Positions 1-12,200 of a stretch of 64,000 nt of DNA are shown piece after piece. Made by a program: the position numbers and the translations under genes. Every line of letters starts with the position of its first letter. Position 1 is the first letter of the stretch. The notes beneath the pieces are model-generated. The model was not told where the DNA came from, did not search any database, and saw only the letters and a list, made by a program, of their open reading frames with translations. This DNA is from Podarcis vaucheri (lineage: Eukaryota): the NCBI GenBank assembly GCA_965113315.1, contig OZ220363.1; one strand, given 5' to 3'.

Positions 1-43
1 GACACGGTCGCGCCCCCGGGTTGAGGGAGCTTGACGCTCTGGG

Positions 44-57
44 GTTGCCAGGGTGAC
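44..57. promoter_or_regulatory. RFX X-box motif
   Basis: GTTGCCAGGGTGAC; the reverse complement GTCACC-CT-GGCAAC fits GTNRCC(N0-3)RGYAAC. About 140 nt upstream of the ATG of a ciliary kinase gene. Confidence 0.7.
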
Positions 58-64
58 GGGGATA

Positions 65-74
65 CAACATGGCG
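65..74 (+). promoter_or_regulatory. YY1-type motif
   Basis: CAACATGGCG matches AANATGGCG, typical near CpG-island transcription starts. Confidence 0.5.
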
Positions 75-195
75 CGCTGACAAGTTCTCGGCGCGGGGAG
101 CGGAGGGCGGGGGGCCCTGGCGCTTCAGAGAGGACCCTCGCCGCCCCACACCCCCCTCCCCACCGGAGGGCACGCGCGGGGAAAGCGAGCGGAGG

Positions 196-202
196 ATGAA
201 CA
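196..202 (+). CDS. MOK: MOK coding exon 1 (ATG AAC A)
   Basis: ggaggATGAACA|gtaagg; phase-1 junction completes AAA (Lys) with exon 2. Confidence 0.88.
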
Positions 203-3200
203 GTAAGGGGGCGGCCTCGCTGGGGGCGGCGGCAGCGGCGAGTCTCCCTGAGAGGGAATGGGGGGGGAGGGGGGAGAGGGAGAGGAGCCGGTGCAGCTCG
301 GCTTTCAAGGCGGATCGCGAGGAGGCGGGGGAGGAGGGGTTAATGGAATATATATGTGGGTGTACGTGTGTATGTGTGTACACGTGTGTAACGTATATGA
401 TCTACAACATCGTGTCGAAGTTTGTTCCAGGTCCTGGAAGGATGCGACCGGTGGCTGCTGAGGCCGGCGTATATATTCTGGCAGCCGGATAGTTAAACAG
501 AGATGCTAAATTCTTATAGCGAGAGGTGTCTGATTCGATATCCCGCTTGGTGGGGGGTGGGGAGGGGAGGGGATGAGAGCTGTGTGCAAAGAAAAAGGGG
601 GGTGGGGAGGGGAAGCCAGTGGGGAAGGGGAAGAGGTGTTTGTAACAGTGTGGTATAGTGGTTTCTGCATGTGCTGTAGAGGGAAGCGAGGGGCAGATGG
701 GGCACACCAACCTGCGAAGGTAGCTCGTTTGGAGAAGGAGAACTCCAGTCCTAAACCTCCGCCTTGCATGATTTATTCAGGAGAAGACAAGGCTTAGGAG
801 TAAAAACCCTACACAGATCCAGAAGGGAGTCGCTAAGATGGTTGGATGGCGCCTTGTACGCCTCCATCCGGCAACTGCTGCAGCCAAGCTGGTGCCCAAC
901 GTATTGCTCTGCTTTCCTTTGGATCATAGCGAGGCCAAGGGGGGGGGGGAGTCATCGACTAGGCAGCCCTAGAACTCCACAAACACTGCCCAGGCTTGTA
1001 CCCCAAGGAGGTCACTTTGGTGCTGTTAATGCAGTGTTTTGACTTCGCCCTCAGAGGCGCACTCAATTGTCTCTAGAGGCAGTAGAGTGCCAACAACAAT
1101 GGCGGTTAGAGCAGAGTTTTCCAAATGTTTCATGTTGGTGACACACTTTTTAGACATGCATCATTTCGTGACGCAGTAATTCAGTTTTACTTAAGGTTAC
1201 CAGATTTTTTTCAATGAATCCAGGGACACTTTTCAACTTCAATGGATTTTGTATGGGGACCGTTTTGTAAATCCGGGACTGTCCCCGGGAAACGGGGACG
1301 TCTGGTAACCTTTTACTAGCAAACCGGAGGTTAAACTAACCCCTTTCTATCTGCAGGAGGAGTGCAGGGAGCGTTCATGCAACATGCCGGTACACTAATG
1401 TGTCGTGACACACAGTTTGGAAAACTCTGCGTTAGAGTGTCAACCACCTGGCCCCTCTGGGCCAGTCATGTAGCTCACTGAGTGACCTTGGGCTAGGTCA
1501 GACTTCCTCAACTTCAGCCCTCCAGATGTTTTTGGCCTACAACTCCCATAATTGTCGTCTCAAAACATCTGGAGGGCCGAGGTTGAGGAAGCCTGGGCTA
1601 GATACTGCCTCTCAAAGGACATCATTTTTCAGGCTTTGAACAGAGATTGTAGGCGGTGTTTCTTCTGCTTTGTTGTATGTATCCTATTCTAGTTTCATGT
1701 TCAATAATTAGTACAGGCATCCCCAAACTCTGCCCTCCAGCTGTTTTGGGACTACAACTCCCATCATCCCTGACCATTGGTCCTGTTAGCTAGGGATGAT
1801 GGGAGTTGTAGTCCCAAAACAGCTGGAGGGCAGAGTTTGGGGATGCCTGAATTAGGATGTGTGCTTCAATTCAGGTGTATATGAACGCCTATCATATTTT
1901 CAGCCTGCTTTATACATCTGGAGAATTATATGACATGATCTACAAAAGTTCATGCCATGATAAATGTTTCAGATTGCAGTCCAGCCTTAAAACTCTTCCT
2001 AGCCCCTGATCTGATAATGCTTACTCAAAACACAATTTAATGGGTTTTCCTTTCATGTATGTATCAAGCACAAGCCTTCCTTCAGGAGTGGGAAACTTTT
2101 GACCCTCCAGATGGTGTTGAACTCCAACTCCAGTTATCCCCAGCCAACATAGCCATGTGTGGGGAACTTTTGTCCCTCCAAAGGTTGCTGAACCACAACT
2201 CCCATCATCCCTGGACATCCCCCATTGGTAGGGCTGATGCAAGTTGTAGTTAAGCAATATCTGGTGGGTCAAAGGTTCCCCACACCTGTTGCAGGCCATC
2301 ATTATTTGGAGGGCTACAGTTTCCCCACCCTGCCTTTTGTTACTATATAGAGTTGTCAAGTAAACATACCTAAGGTGATAACAGCAATGGTCTGATTTAT
2401 TATCAAGCAGTGATATATATTGTAAAAAGAGATCTTTAATGGGGGGGTGGGGTACATAACCAATTCTTACCATGACTGTGGTATGTACTTCACTCTTTGT
2501 AGTCTGTGTTCTACTGTTTGAACTGGGGATAGGCCCAGATTCCAGGTGCTTTGCCATTATTAGATAAGTGGCTCTGATAGTCACACTTCATTTAAAAGAA
2601 GGGTAGGTGAGGATAGACAAGCTGTGTCCTTCCAGATGTCGATGCATTCCAGCTCCCATCAGCCCCAGCTAGCATGGCCAGTAGTCAAGGATGATGAGTT
2701 TTTTACTCCAAGAATATGTGGAAGACCCCATACCTGTTTAGATGCTAGAGCACAGTTTGTTGTCTACATGTTCAGACTTCATAATCTTCAATGAATCTAA
2801 AGTTTTAAAGGTGGGGTTATTTGTTTTAACCAGCTGTTTTAAACACATGCTTCCAAAGCTATCAATGGTGTACAGCTATGAGCCAATGCACTCCTTGAGT
2901 TGCAGACACCTGCATCTGCTTTTCCAGCTGCAGAGCAATTTGAGCCTCCCGCATCCCTCCCTGAAAGAACTACAGTGGTGCCCCGCAAGACGAATGCCTC
3001 GCAAGACGGAAAACCCGCTAGACGAAAGGGTTTTCCGTTTTTGAGCTGCTTCGCAAGACGATTTTCCCTATGGGCTTGCTTTGCAAGACGAAAACGCCTT
3101 GCAAGTGTTCCGATTTTTTTTCGCTCCCCCCCCCTTTTTCTAAGCCGCTAAGCCGCTAATAGCCTTTTAGCTGCTAATCCGCTAAGCCTTTAATAGCCGC

Positions 3201-6200
3201 CAAACCGCTAATAGCGCTAATCCGCTAAGCCGCTAATAGGGTTGCTTCGCAAGACGAAAAAACCGCTAGACAAAGAGACTCGCAGAACGGATTAATTTCG
3301 TCTTGCGAGGCACCACTGTACTTTTTCTTTACAGCTAGCTGCAGTCTGAAGAAGTTAATTGTCATGAGAAGTTAGCCAGTGGAGGCTTTTAGAAGCAGTT
3401 GCTGTAGAGGTGATATGTATGGGAGATGACTAAACCAAATTAGAGAGGACAGAGGTATCTACAGAAGACAATTGGAAAGAAAGTTAGAATTGACTCAGTC
3501 TGCAGATGCTTAACACCAAAGAAGGTTAAAGAATGGTTAAGAGAGTGATCAATATGATAGTAAGAGGGATGCTGTCTATATGGGGACCAACAGCCATATC
3601 CATGGGCAGCTATCCCTGTGTGAGTGGTAATGTTACACATGAGTAAAATGCTCTGAATTACATAGCAGAGCATTAGGAGATTATAGATGTAGCTGCAGCT
3701 GTGATCCCAGCTTACATGTGCTACATTTCACTAAAGGATTCCAACAATATACCTCTGGGTATAGGACAGTATAGAAATTTAATAAATAATAATAAAAATG
3801 ATTCTTTGATTCTAAGAATCAAAACAGTCCAACTTAAAGGCTAGATAGGCATGAATTTAAACGCCATAGTGGTCAAGCTTTAAAAACTTCTGATACTCTT
3901 ACACAGCAAACTCAAATCTCTGAAAATTAAATTGACACTAATTTGATTAACATTTTATCTCATAAATGACCATGGGAGTAAAATGACTATTTCACACTTT
4001 GCTGAAGAAGCATCTGATAGGCAGTTAAGCAAAGAAAAGCTTCGAGTTATTACAGCAAATGTAATTTTAAGCAAGGTGGAGCTCCTCACACAGCTGTCCA
4101 TAAATAAGAGCTGTATTTCCATAATCCTTATACAGCGTAGAGGGATGCAAGCCTTAGTTTTTGATAGATACAGTGATGATAGGAGAGTTGGTTGAATAAG
4201 TAAGTAAGCTATAACTGTAAACATGTCCCATGAAGCAGTATTTAAAGCAATCTTGAGGATATTAAGCTTGCTATCGATACTAAAACATAGTTTTCTTTTA
4301 AAATTTTGACCTTTTTAGAATATAAAACGATTGGTAAGATTGGCGAGGGAACATTTTCTGATGTTCTGAAGGTACAAAATTTCAAAGATGGACAATATTA
4401 TGCATGTAAACAAATGAAACAGCATTTTGAAAGGTAGGTGCAGCTGCTTTTTTAATTTTCTTTTTACTTAAATGTTGAAATACTGAAATTTGGATGATCA
4501 AAGTTTGATTCTGAATATTTATAAATATTATACAGAAAAAGAGTGCCTTCAAAGAGGACAACTAACCTTACAACCACTACATTTCTCAATAATGGACTCG
4601 GCTGATATATCCAAATTTGTCTCTCTTTTGTCCCAAGCGTTAAACATAGTATGCAGCCCTTCTCCGGATCCCACAACCATCAAAGGTGTAGGAGCTGGTG
4701 ACCAGAGACAGAGGCTTCTCTGTGATCTCTTACAGAAGTACCGTATTTTTCGCTCTATAACACGCACCCGACCATAACATGCACGTAGTTTTTAGAGGAG
4801 GAAAATCCGTAGGCATGCCACCCGTAGGCATTCCCTCCATAACACGCACAGACATTTCCCCTTACTTTCTAGGAGGAAAAAAGTGAGTGTTATGGTGCAA
4901 AAAATACGGTAGTTTACATGCTGTTTTATAAGCTGCTTTCATAACCTGGGGGAATGCCATGAGATGCCTCTGCTATTAATGTAATACATAAATAAAATAA
5001 AGAAATAACACTTTTCTGCTACCGGAAGAGAAAACCATGAAATGCTCTAATTCACTCATCCAAGCATGTATCTCACACATCTCTTGAGATTATGTGTGGC
5101 CCAATTCACAGACTGAACAGAGCAACAATAAAGAGGAGGGGGGATGAAGTGTTTACTCTTCTGTAATTTTAACAAACAAAAGCGACCTTAGCATGGTAGC
5201 CTAATCTTTTCCCTTTTTTATATACTGAAGTATCGACCACGTGAACAGTATGAGAGAGATACAAGCACTAAGGCGACTGAATCCACATCCAAATATCCTC
5301 ACGTTGCATGAAGTGATATTGTAAGTGCCACATGCTTTTTTTCACCTTCCCTTTCTATCCCCTGAGTATTCTTCCCTAAGATGATGTGGAGGTGGTGAAT
5401 CACAATTTCATTTGCCAGACCAGTTTTAATCTGGTTACAGTTGCTTGAGGCAACAGCTCCTCTATTTTCCTGTGGCATAATGAATGAGATTCTGCCTTTT
5501 CCTACACCCCTGCTCCCAGGAGGGCAGCAAATACCCTTGCATTGGGAAGTGAGCCTCCTGGGGCTGCCAATCACTTGCACTTGAATGGCTGAGTAATATA
5601 TCTAAGTAAGGCCATTGAGCCACTGGTAGCATGAACACATGTACAAGACTCTACATGTACAAGTTTTAAGGAACAACTTGCTTTTATTCCATCTTTATCT
5701 GTATTCTCTGGTAGCGTAGATGATGGCAGCACCAACGGTACAAGAAAAGTACAATGAAGGACTCAAGTAATGACACTATTAAGGAGAATTACATGTACAG
5801 GCAACTCCCAATTTACATGCATTGAAGGCACATGTGACCATGCGCACATGCATTGCCATGAACCTGGAAGTGGCATGAAAAGGAGCAAAAACAGCCCTAA
5901 AAGTGAGCAAAAAACGGCAGAAATTGCATGAAAACAGTGTCTAGCAATCCCACAAGCCTTTGCGAGTGCAATCCCAGGAGCCTTTGCCCCGAACTTTGAG
6001 GCCTGTTGAGAGTTGGAGCTTGAGCAAGGAGGTTTGGAGGGTGCTTGCAGGTTTTTTCAGTGGTGTTCCCAATATACGTGATTTCACTTAAACACGCGGT
6101 GCCTCAGAATGTAACCCCTGTGTAAATGGGGAGTTGCCCATACTGTAAGGAGGGCCATCTTATGCCACCTGCCCAATAAAAGACTACAGGTGGTCAGTGG

Positions 6201-9200
6201 ATGATAACAAAATGTTTTTCAGACTGTTGTATTCTACTGAATAAAATGACTTTTGTCTCCACATAAGTTCAAAACTTTTGCTTTTGAGTTCTAGCCTTTT
6301 TACATATGAGACCACCTCCCATCCACCAAAGGATTTCATAAGTAGTTTTATCCTTTCTTCCATGTAGTTAAATAAGATCACACTTTTTTCCTCTTCAGTG
6401 ACAAGAAAGCCGGTGCTGTGGCATTGATATGTGAACTCATGGACATGAACATTTATGAACTGATCAAAGGTATGTAGATCATGCCAATGAGAAAGTCATT
6501 TGCAGAGATTATTTATTTATGCAGAAACCCAACTATTTGTACAGTATGACTGACCCAAAGAATAAAATAGGGCAGGTGGAGAACCTGTGACACGCTAAAT
6601 GTTGTTGAACTCCAACTCCCATCAATCTCAGCCAGCATAGCAATTGTCAGGGTGTTTTTCTCTAGCAACATCTGGAGGACCAGTTGTCAGGGAGTTGTTG
6701 TCCAACAACATCTGGAGGACCACAAGATTTCTCTAGTTGGCCAGTCCTGATGCCCAAGCTGAAGTCATTCTGTCTGTGCCATTCAGCTGTTTACCGCCCA
6801 TAGTCTTCTTCCCAGTAGGTGAAGGCAGAGAGAGATTTTGAAATGTGGAGATGACATTTCCATATAATTACAGATACCGAAGGGAAACACCTGCCTGACG
6901 GTGCTGGAAAGGAGGAAACAGGTGCAGGTGGGAAGACTGTGTAGAAAGGGAACAGCAGCTAATAATTGTGTCATCTCTGCTCTGTAATTAAGAGTCCTGC
7001 TATAACAGCTCACACATCACAAATATATATATTTACAATTCAAAACAACTGATTGGCTGAGATTAGAAAGCCACGATCACGTTTCAGTGCTGTTGAGAGA
7101 TTAAGTCCCCTATCTTTTCTTGCCATTCCTTTGTCATTCTTGGCCATGTGCATGTGTGTGAGAACAGGGGTTTGCACTCACAAGGAGTTCTTGCACACCT
7201 CAAAAGTTATTACTGATGGCTGGGGGCAGGGGCGAACGAAGGCTAACCGACACCCGGGGCAGGGGAAATCGCCGGCTGCACACGCTTTGCACCGCTACAT
7301 ACGACACATGCGTGGTGTCACTACATAGGGTGCATGTGTGGCGTCGCTACATACAGCACATGCGTGCGACACTGTGCATGCGTTGTACGTAGTGGTTTGC
7401 CGGTGGCGCCTCCTGAATGTTGTACGGCCAGCGGCGGGATTCTCTGCTTGCAGCTGCAGCCGTGAACAGAGGATCCTCCACATGCGGCTTCTGCAGCGCA
7501 ATGGCTGCTTGCGCCACCGCACCCGGGGGCAGCGGGGTGAGCACCCCGCGGGGTGCCTTCTTGTCACCCCCCACACATGGTGGCACCCAGTGTGAACGGC
7601 CCCACCCCACCCCCCTTGCAATGCCACTGGCTGAGCAAGGGTAGATAGCAGTTACTGACTTTCCTTCCAGCAGCAGTCCTTTTCACCACAAGTGGAATCA
7701 CTTTCAAGTCTGAGGACTGTTTGGATCTTGGCCTGTGGTTGTTGCCCCCCGGCAATAAAATATAGCTGAGTATTGCAGGGAATGGCATAGTGTTTGTTTC
7801 AAATGCTGGTTGTATGTTGATGAAAAATGAAAGGCTGGACAAGTCTGGTACCATGAGCCACAAGTAATTTTAATGCAATGAATCTTAAAAGTTCCAGCTC
7901 CACCTTCTCTAGGCTAACTCTATGTTTATCTAAAGAGTCTTAGCAACTCAGAACTTACAGAATTCAAGACAAGTATTCATGGTTGTCTTAGCTAGTATTG
8001 AATGTGGCAGCACATACAAATGCAAAAAAATTGCAGAATGATGACAGAATAAAAAGCTCTCTAAACTAAAAAGCACGCTTCTCTATGCAAGCCACTTTCT
8101 AAGGGTGGTAGTCAAGTTTCTTCAGTTCAGTGCCTTTATAATAATTTTGTCCTTGAGTTGCTACACGGAAAGGCTTTCATTGATTGTATTGATTTTTATA
8201 TTTATAAGGACTCATTGGGTGGCAGCCAATGTCCTCCTGCTTGTGGAAGGGCTTTTGATTTAGCAGAGGCCCCTCCCAACAGAACGCGGGAGATAACTTT
8301 CACCAGTTTCCCCTCCCTCCTCCAACCTTAATTTTTTTCTCCAGAAGAGAGAATCTGCAAAAATAGACTTTCCCCCTTGCCTCTGTTTAATCAACCCATT
8401 GGTCCTTCAGGGCATTTGGTATATGTATCATACATAAAGAAAATGTGGCTTGCTTTCCTTAGTTGCAGTTCCATTTCCTTCAGCGATGAATCTTCTGAGG
8501 GACAGTTCACTCATACATGTTCAGCAGCTAGTGACTACAACACCTAGTGGTGACTCACTTGTCTGAGTGGGCCTTCATAGATGGATGCTCTCATTGCTCC
8601 TTAGGTCACCTCAGATGCAATGCTTTCCAGGAGAGTCAGCTCACACTAGTACAAGCTGATGTGAATCCATATTCTGTTTGTAGATCCAGAGTAAAATAAT
8701 GTATGTATGAGTTGGCACTTAGCATGGCAAGGTGGTGGGTGAGGTCTTTTTCATTTGATAATCCTTTCAAAAGGAATGACATAGATACTGGGGGTTCAAT
8801 CTTAAATCATTATTTGATCTTCAATGTGAACAAACTGCAGAATATGAGGCTCCACAGTTGCTGGGGTTTTAGTATCATTTCTTCGGGTGAGATTGTAAGG
8901 ACTGGAATAATCTACTGCATTCCCTCATTAAATTAGCTATGGAAAAATAATAAGTTGATAGTACAATACACAGAAGCAACAACTAGAATGGAAATAGTTT
9001 CCTAATGGCGATAGTTGCATAGCAATAACTGAGAGTTAGAAAGCAGATTGATTCTGTCATCTAGAATGCGTTAAAATAAGCAATTAAGGCTTATGAAAAT
9101 TTGTCTGAGTTTCCATGATGAATATTCTGAAAATGTCTGTGAAAAGAGATGCAATGTTATGACAGGAGATCTATAGGACAATATATATAAAATCCAGGTG

Positions 9201-12200
9201 TCTGGCTGTTCAGCTTCTTCATGAACTTATGGCTCATTTGATGGCTAAGTATAAAGGTATGTATTTTGTATTTAAATAGTTGAGGGTGAAGTGTCTTAAG
9301 AGTCAGGTTACTACATTGTAGGTTGAATCCAAGCTAAATTAGTCATACTTTTAATCCCACTGATTACAGTGAGACTAAAGCATGACTATCTTAATCTGGA
9401 TCCAAGCATGACCAATGTTACCTCCCCCCCCCATCCCAAATTGAATAAAGTGGTACCTCTGGTTATGTACTTAATTCGTTCCGGAAGTCCGTTCTTAACC
9501 TGAAACTGTTCTTAACCTGAAGCACCACTTTAGCTAATGGGGCCTCCCACTGCCGCTGCCCGATTTCTTTTCTCATCCTGAAGCAAAGTTCTTAACCCGA
9601 GGTACTATTTCTGGGTTAGCGGAGTCTGTAACCTGAAGCATCTGTAACCTGAAGCGTCTGTAACCTGAGCTAGCACTGTACATTGGTCAGTCAGGAGCAT
9701 TCATTCACCCTTAACATCCCAAACAGCTGTAGCTTATTCAAGCAATAACTTGAGATGTAACGTTCATGCTGAAAATGCAGTGAGTAAATTAGTCATGGTT
9801 GCTTCAAGTATGCCAGTGCTACCTGAAATGAAGCAATGTAGCAGTTTGAGCAGGAAGATAAAAAAATGTGCATGCTTTTGATACTTTGGGGCCTTGACAA
9901 AGCTATTCCTTCCTATGCATTAGATCCTACTGCCAGCATCCAAACACCCTTGGTGTCCTGTTATATCTATCCTCTGTAATACTGAAAGCAGTCTTTGGAG
10001 GAGCCAGTCTGTGTGCCATATCAGGGCAGGTGCGGTTATGTGATGAGGCTACTACTGCCTATTGTGTAGGAAAGGAACCTGTGGCCTTCTAGCTGTTCAG
10101 CCACTGGCCATGCTGGCTAGGATCAATGGGATCTGGGAAGCCAACAACTTCTGAAGGGTCACAGTTTCACCATCTTGGAGTAGGGCATCCTGCTCCGCAT
10201 TTCCCAAAGTTCAGGTCCTTTGGTTAGATTGATATATCTCCTGTCAGGTTTACTATGCACCAACCGTATCAAGTGGTTGAGCTCACCATACAAGGGGGTA
10301 CCCGATAGTAGGTTCCCTCTAGGCATGGAAGTTTGCTCTTCCATTCATGGAGGGCAAGTAAACACCTAAAGCATGTACTTTACACTGTTCAGAATGGGCC
10401 TGGGTATTCCCAACAATGGCTGCCCTTTCAGCAGAGATTGGAAAGCCAGTTTAGGAATCAACACTTCCTCCACACCCACCTTTCTGGGGAGCAAACCTTC
10501 ATATCATGTTGACCACTATTAAGAGAAGAGTCAGCGTTGACTCTGTCTGCAGTTATCCAGAACTCTGGCATGTGTTAACTGTGGTTAGGTGAGTGCCTGT
10601 GTTTCTTTTAACAGTGGTTAAGGCTGAGCAGGAAAATTTGCTCTAGGGAGGGGGAGAGATGACTGCTGAACTCTTAATGATAGCCTCCTTAAATGAATGA
10701 ATGAATGCATTTTAATAAAAATTATATGCTACTTGATTGTAAACAAAAACTCTCAAAGAGAATACAGTTAAAAACAACTATTTAAAACATTTTTTAAAAA
10801 TCAGCAGTATATTAGAAACAGATTAAACCAGCCCAGTGTGTTCTTCCTCACCACTATGGAAAATATAAAAAGAAAACAAACACTCTACCATGGTTCATAG
10901 GCAAACCATCTCACAACTGTATTTAAAATTCACTTAACTGGCAGTAGTGACTGCAAGCACTCCATCATAAAGTGAACTTTGTATAAAACTGTATCATGTT
11001 CATTTGATTGTTTCCTCTAGGGAGGAAAAAACCATTGCCTGAAGGGAAAATAATGAATTATATGTACCAGTTATGCAAGTCTCTTGATCACATGCACAGG
11101 TAAGGCAGCCATTTGTATATTTTTGCAAATGTAGTATTTGGCTATATTATTGAGCTGGGATCTGGAGAGTCCAGTGAATACCCCAAGGTACTGCTGTGAG
11201 GGTCAAAGTACATAGGATATTAGTCGTGGAGCTGCTTTTATTTTGGAGAAAAAGCAGCCTTGGGGCCCCTATCCAGAATGTGCATTTATTCTGACTTCAC
11301 ACTGATGAAAATTGCTCATCTGCTTGCCTCCAAAAAGTAGACTATTGATGGCAATATACAGCATTTTCTGGGGCTAATAACAGCCATAAGAGAATGATTT
11401 TCAGTAGGGGGGAAATGGTATAGGGCTCCAATGTGGATTGGGAGCCCATTCTAGTTTTCTCCAAAATAAAAGGAATCAAGTTAATCCCACTAGATTGATA
11501 TAATATATATATTTATCTATATATCTATATATCTGTCCTTCCTTCCATAGGAGTCCAGGTAGCTTACAATCTTCATAAAAGCACATTAAAACCTTAAATC
11601 AGTTTAAAAACACTATGCACAGAAAAAACCAGTAAGCCACTAGCAGCAGGCTCTGCATGTAACATCCATGCAGTTTGGCCTTGATGTATCTATTCCAGCT
11701 GCAGCCTCTCACGCTGCAAATTCTTCTCTGGAGCATCCCCCAATCTCCAGGCCAGGGATGGTTTTCAGGAGTGTTCATAAGGTGGACTGGGAATGGGACA
11801 GTGTGGAGCGGGAAAACCCCAATACACAGGGGACTTTCTGTATGCCATTCTTGGTGTATAAATACTTACTTGCCCTGAATAATTCTCTTGCAGGAATGGG
11901 TTATTTCACAGAGATGTAAAACCAGAAAACATATTAATAAAGGTAAGCAGTCTTTAGTGCAGTGTTTCTCAAAATGTGTCCCACCCCCCTCCAGGTACGT
12001 GAAAGAGTTTCAAAGAGTACAAGGCCAATTTATTTTTGCTTGAGAAGGGGCACACCAGTAAGACTAAAATCAAAAGAGGTTTGTTGTAGGTTTGGGAAAC
12101 ACAGCCGTAGCACAAGCGATAAATATGTTGAAACTCTGTATTCATTATGCTAAGACTGCAATTTGGAAGTGCATTTGTACCTAAGAGAAAAGTGCATTGT

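Larger units (their letters stand above)
1..500. promoter_or_regulatory. MOK: CpG island / MOK promoter and exon 1 region
   Basis: GC- and CpG-rich stretch in an otherwise CpG-poor window; contains the MOK start codon at 196. Confidence 0.85.

Noticed and set aside
31-492. 153-aa ORF in the CpG island
   Set aside because: GC-rich low-complexity frame running through the MOK exon 1 donor; only 196-202 is coding.
1915-1955. Hammerhead-like remnant (CTGGAGA...AAAAGTTCATG)
   Set aside because: Both conserved core boxes are mutated and stem II is not convincing; at most a dead Penelope scrap.
2021-2584. 187-aa - strand ORF
   Set aside because: Crosses degenerate MITEs, has no recognisable domain and a non-ATG start.
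2973-3318. Repeat-spacer-like pattern of GCAAGACG units suggesting CRISPR
   Set aside because: Irregular short repeats inside a TIR/TA-bounded MITE in a vertebrate intron; no cas genes.
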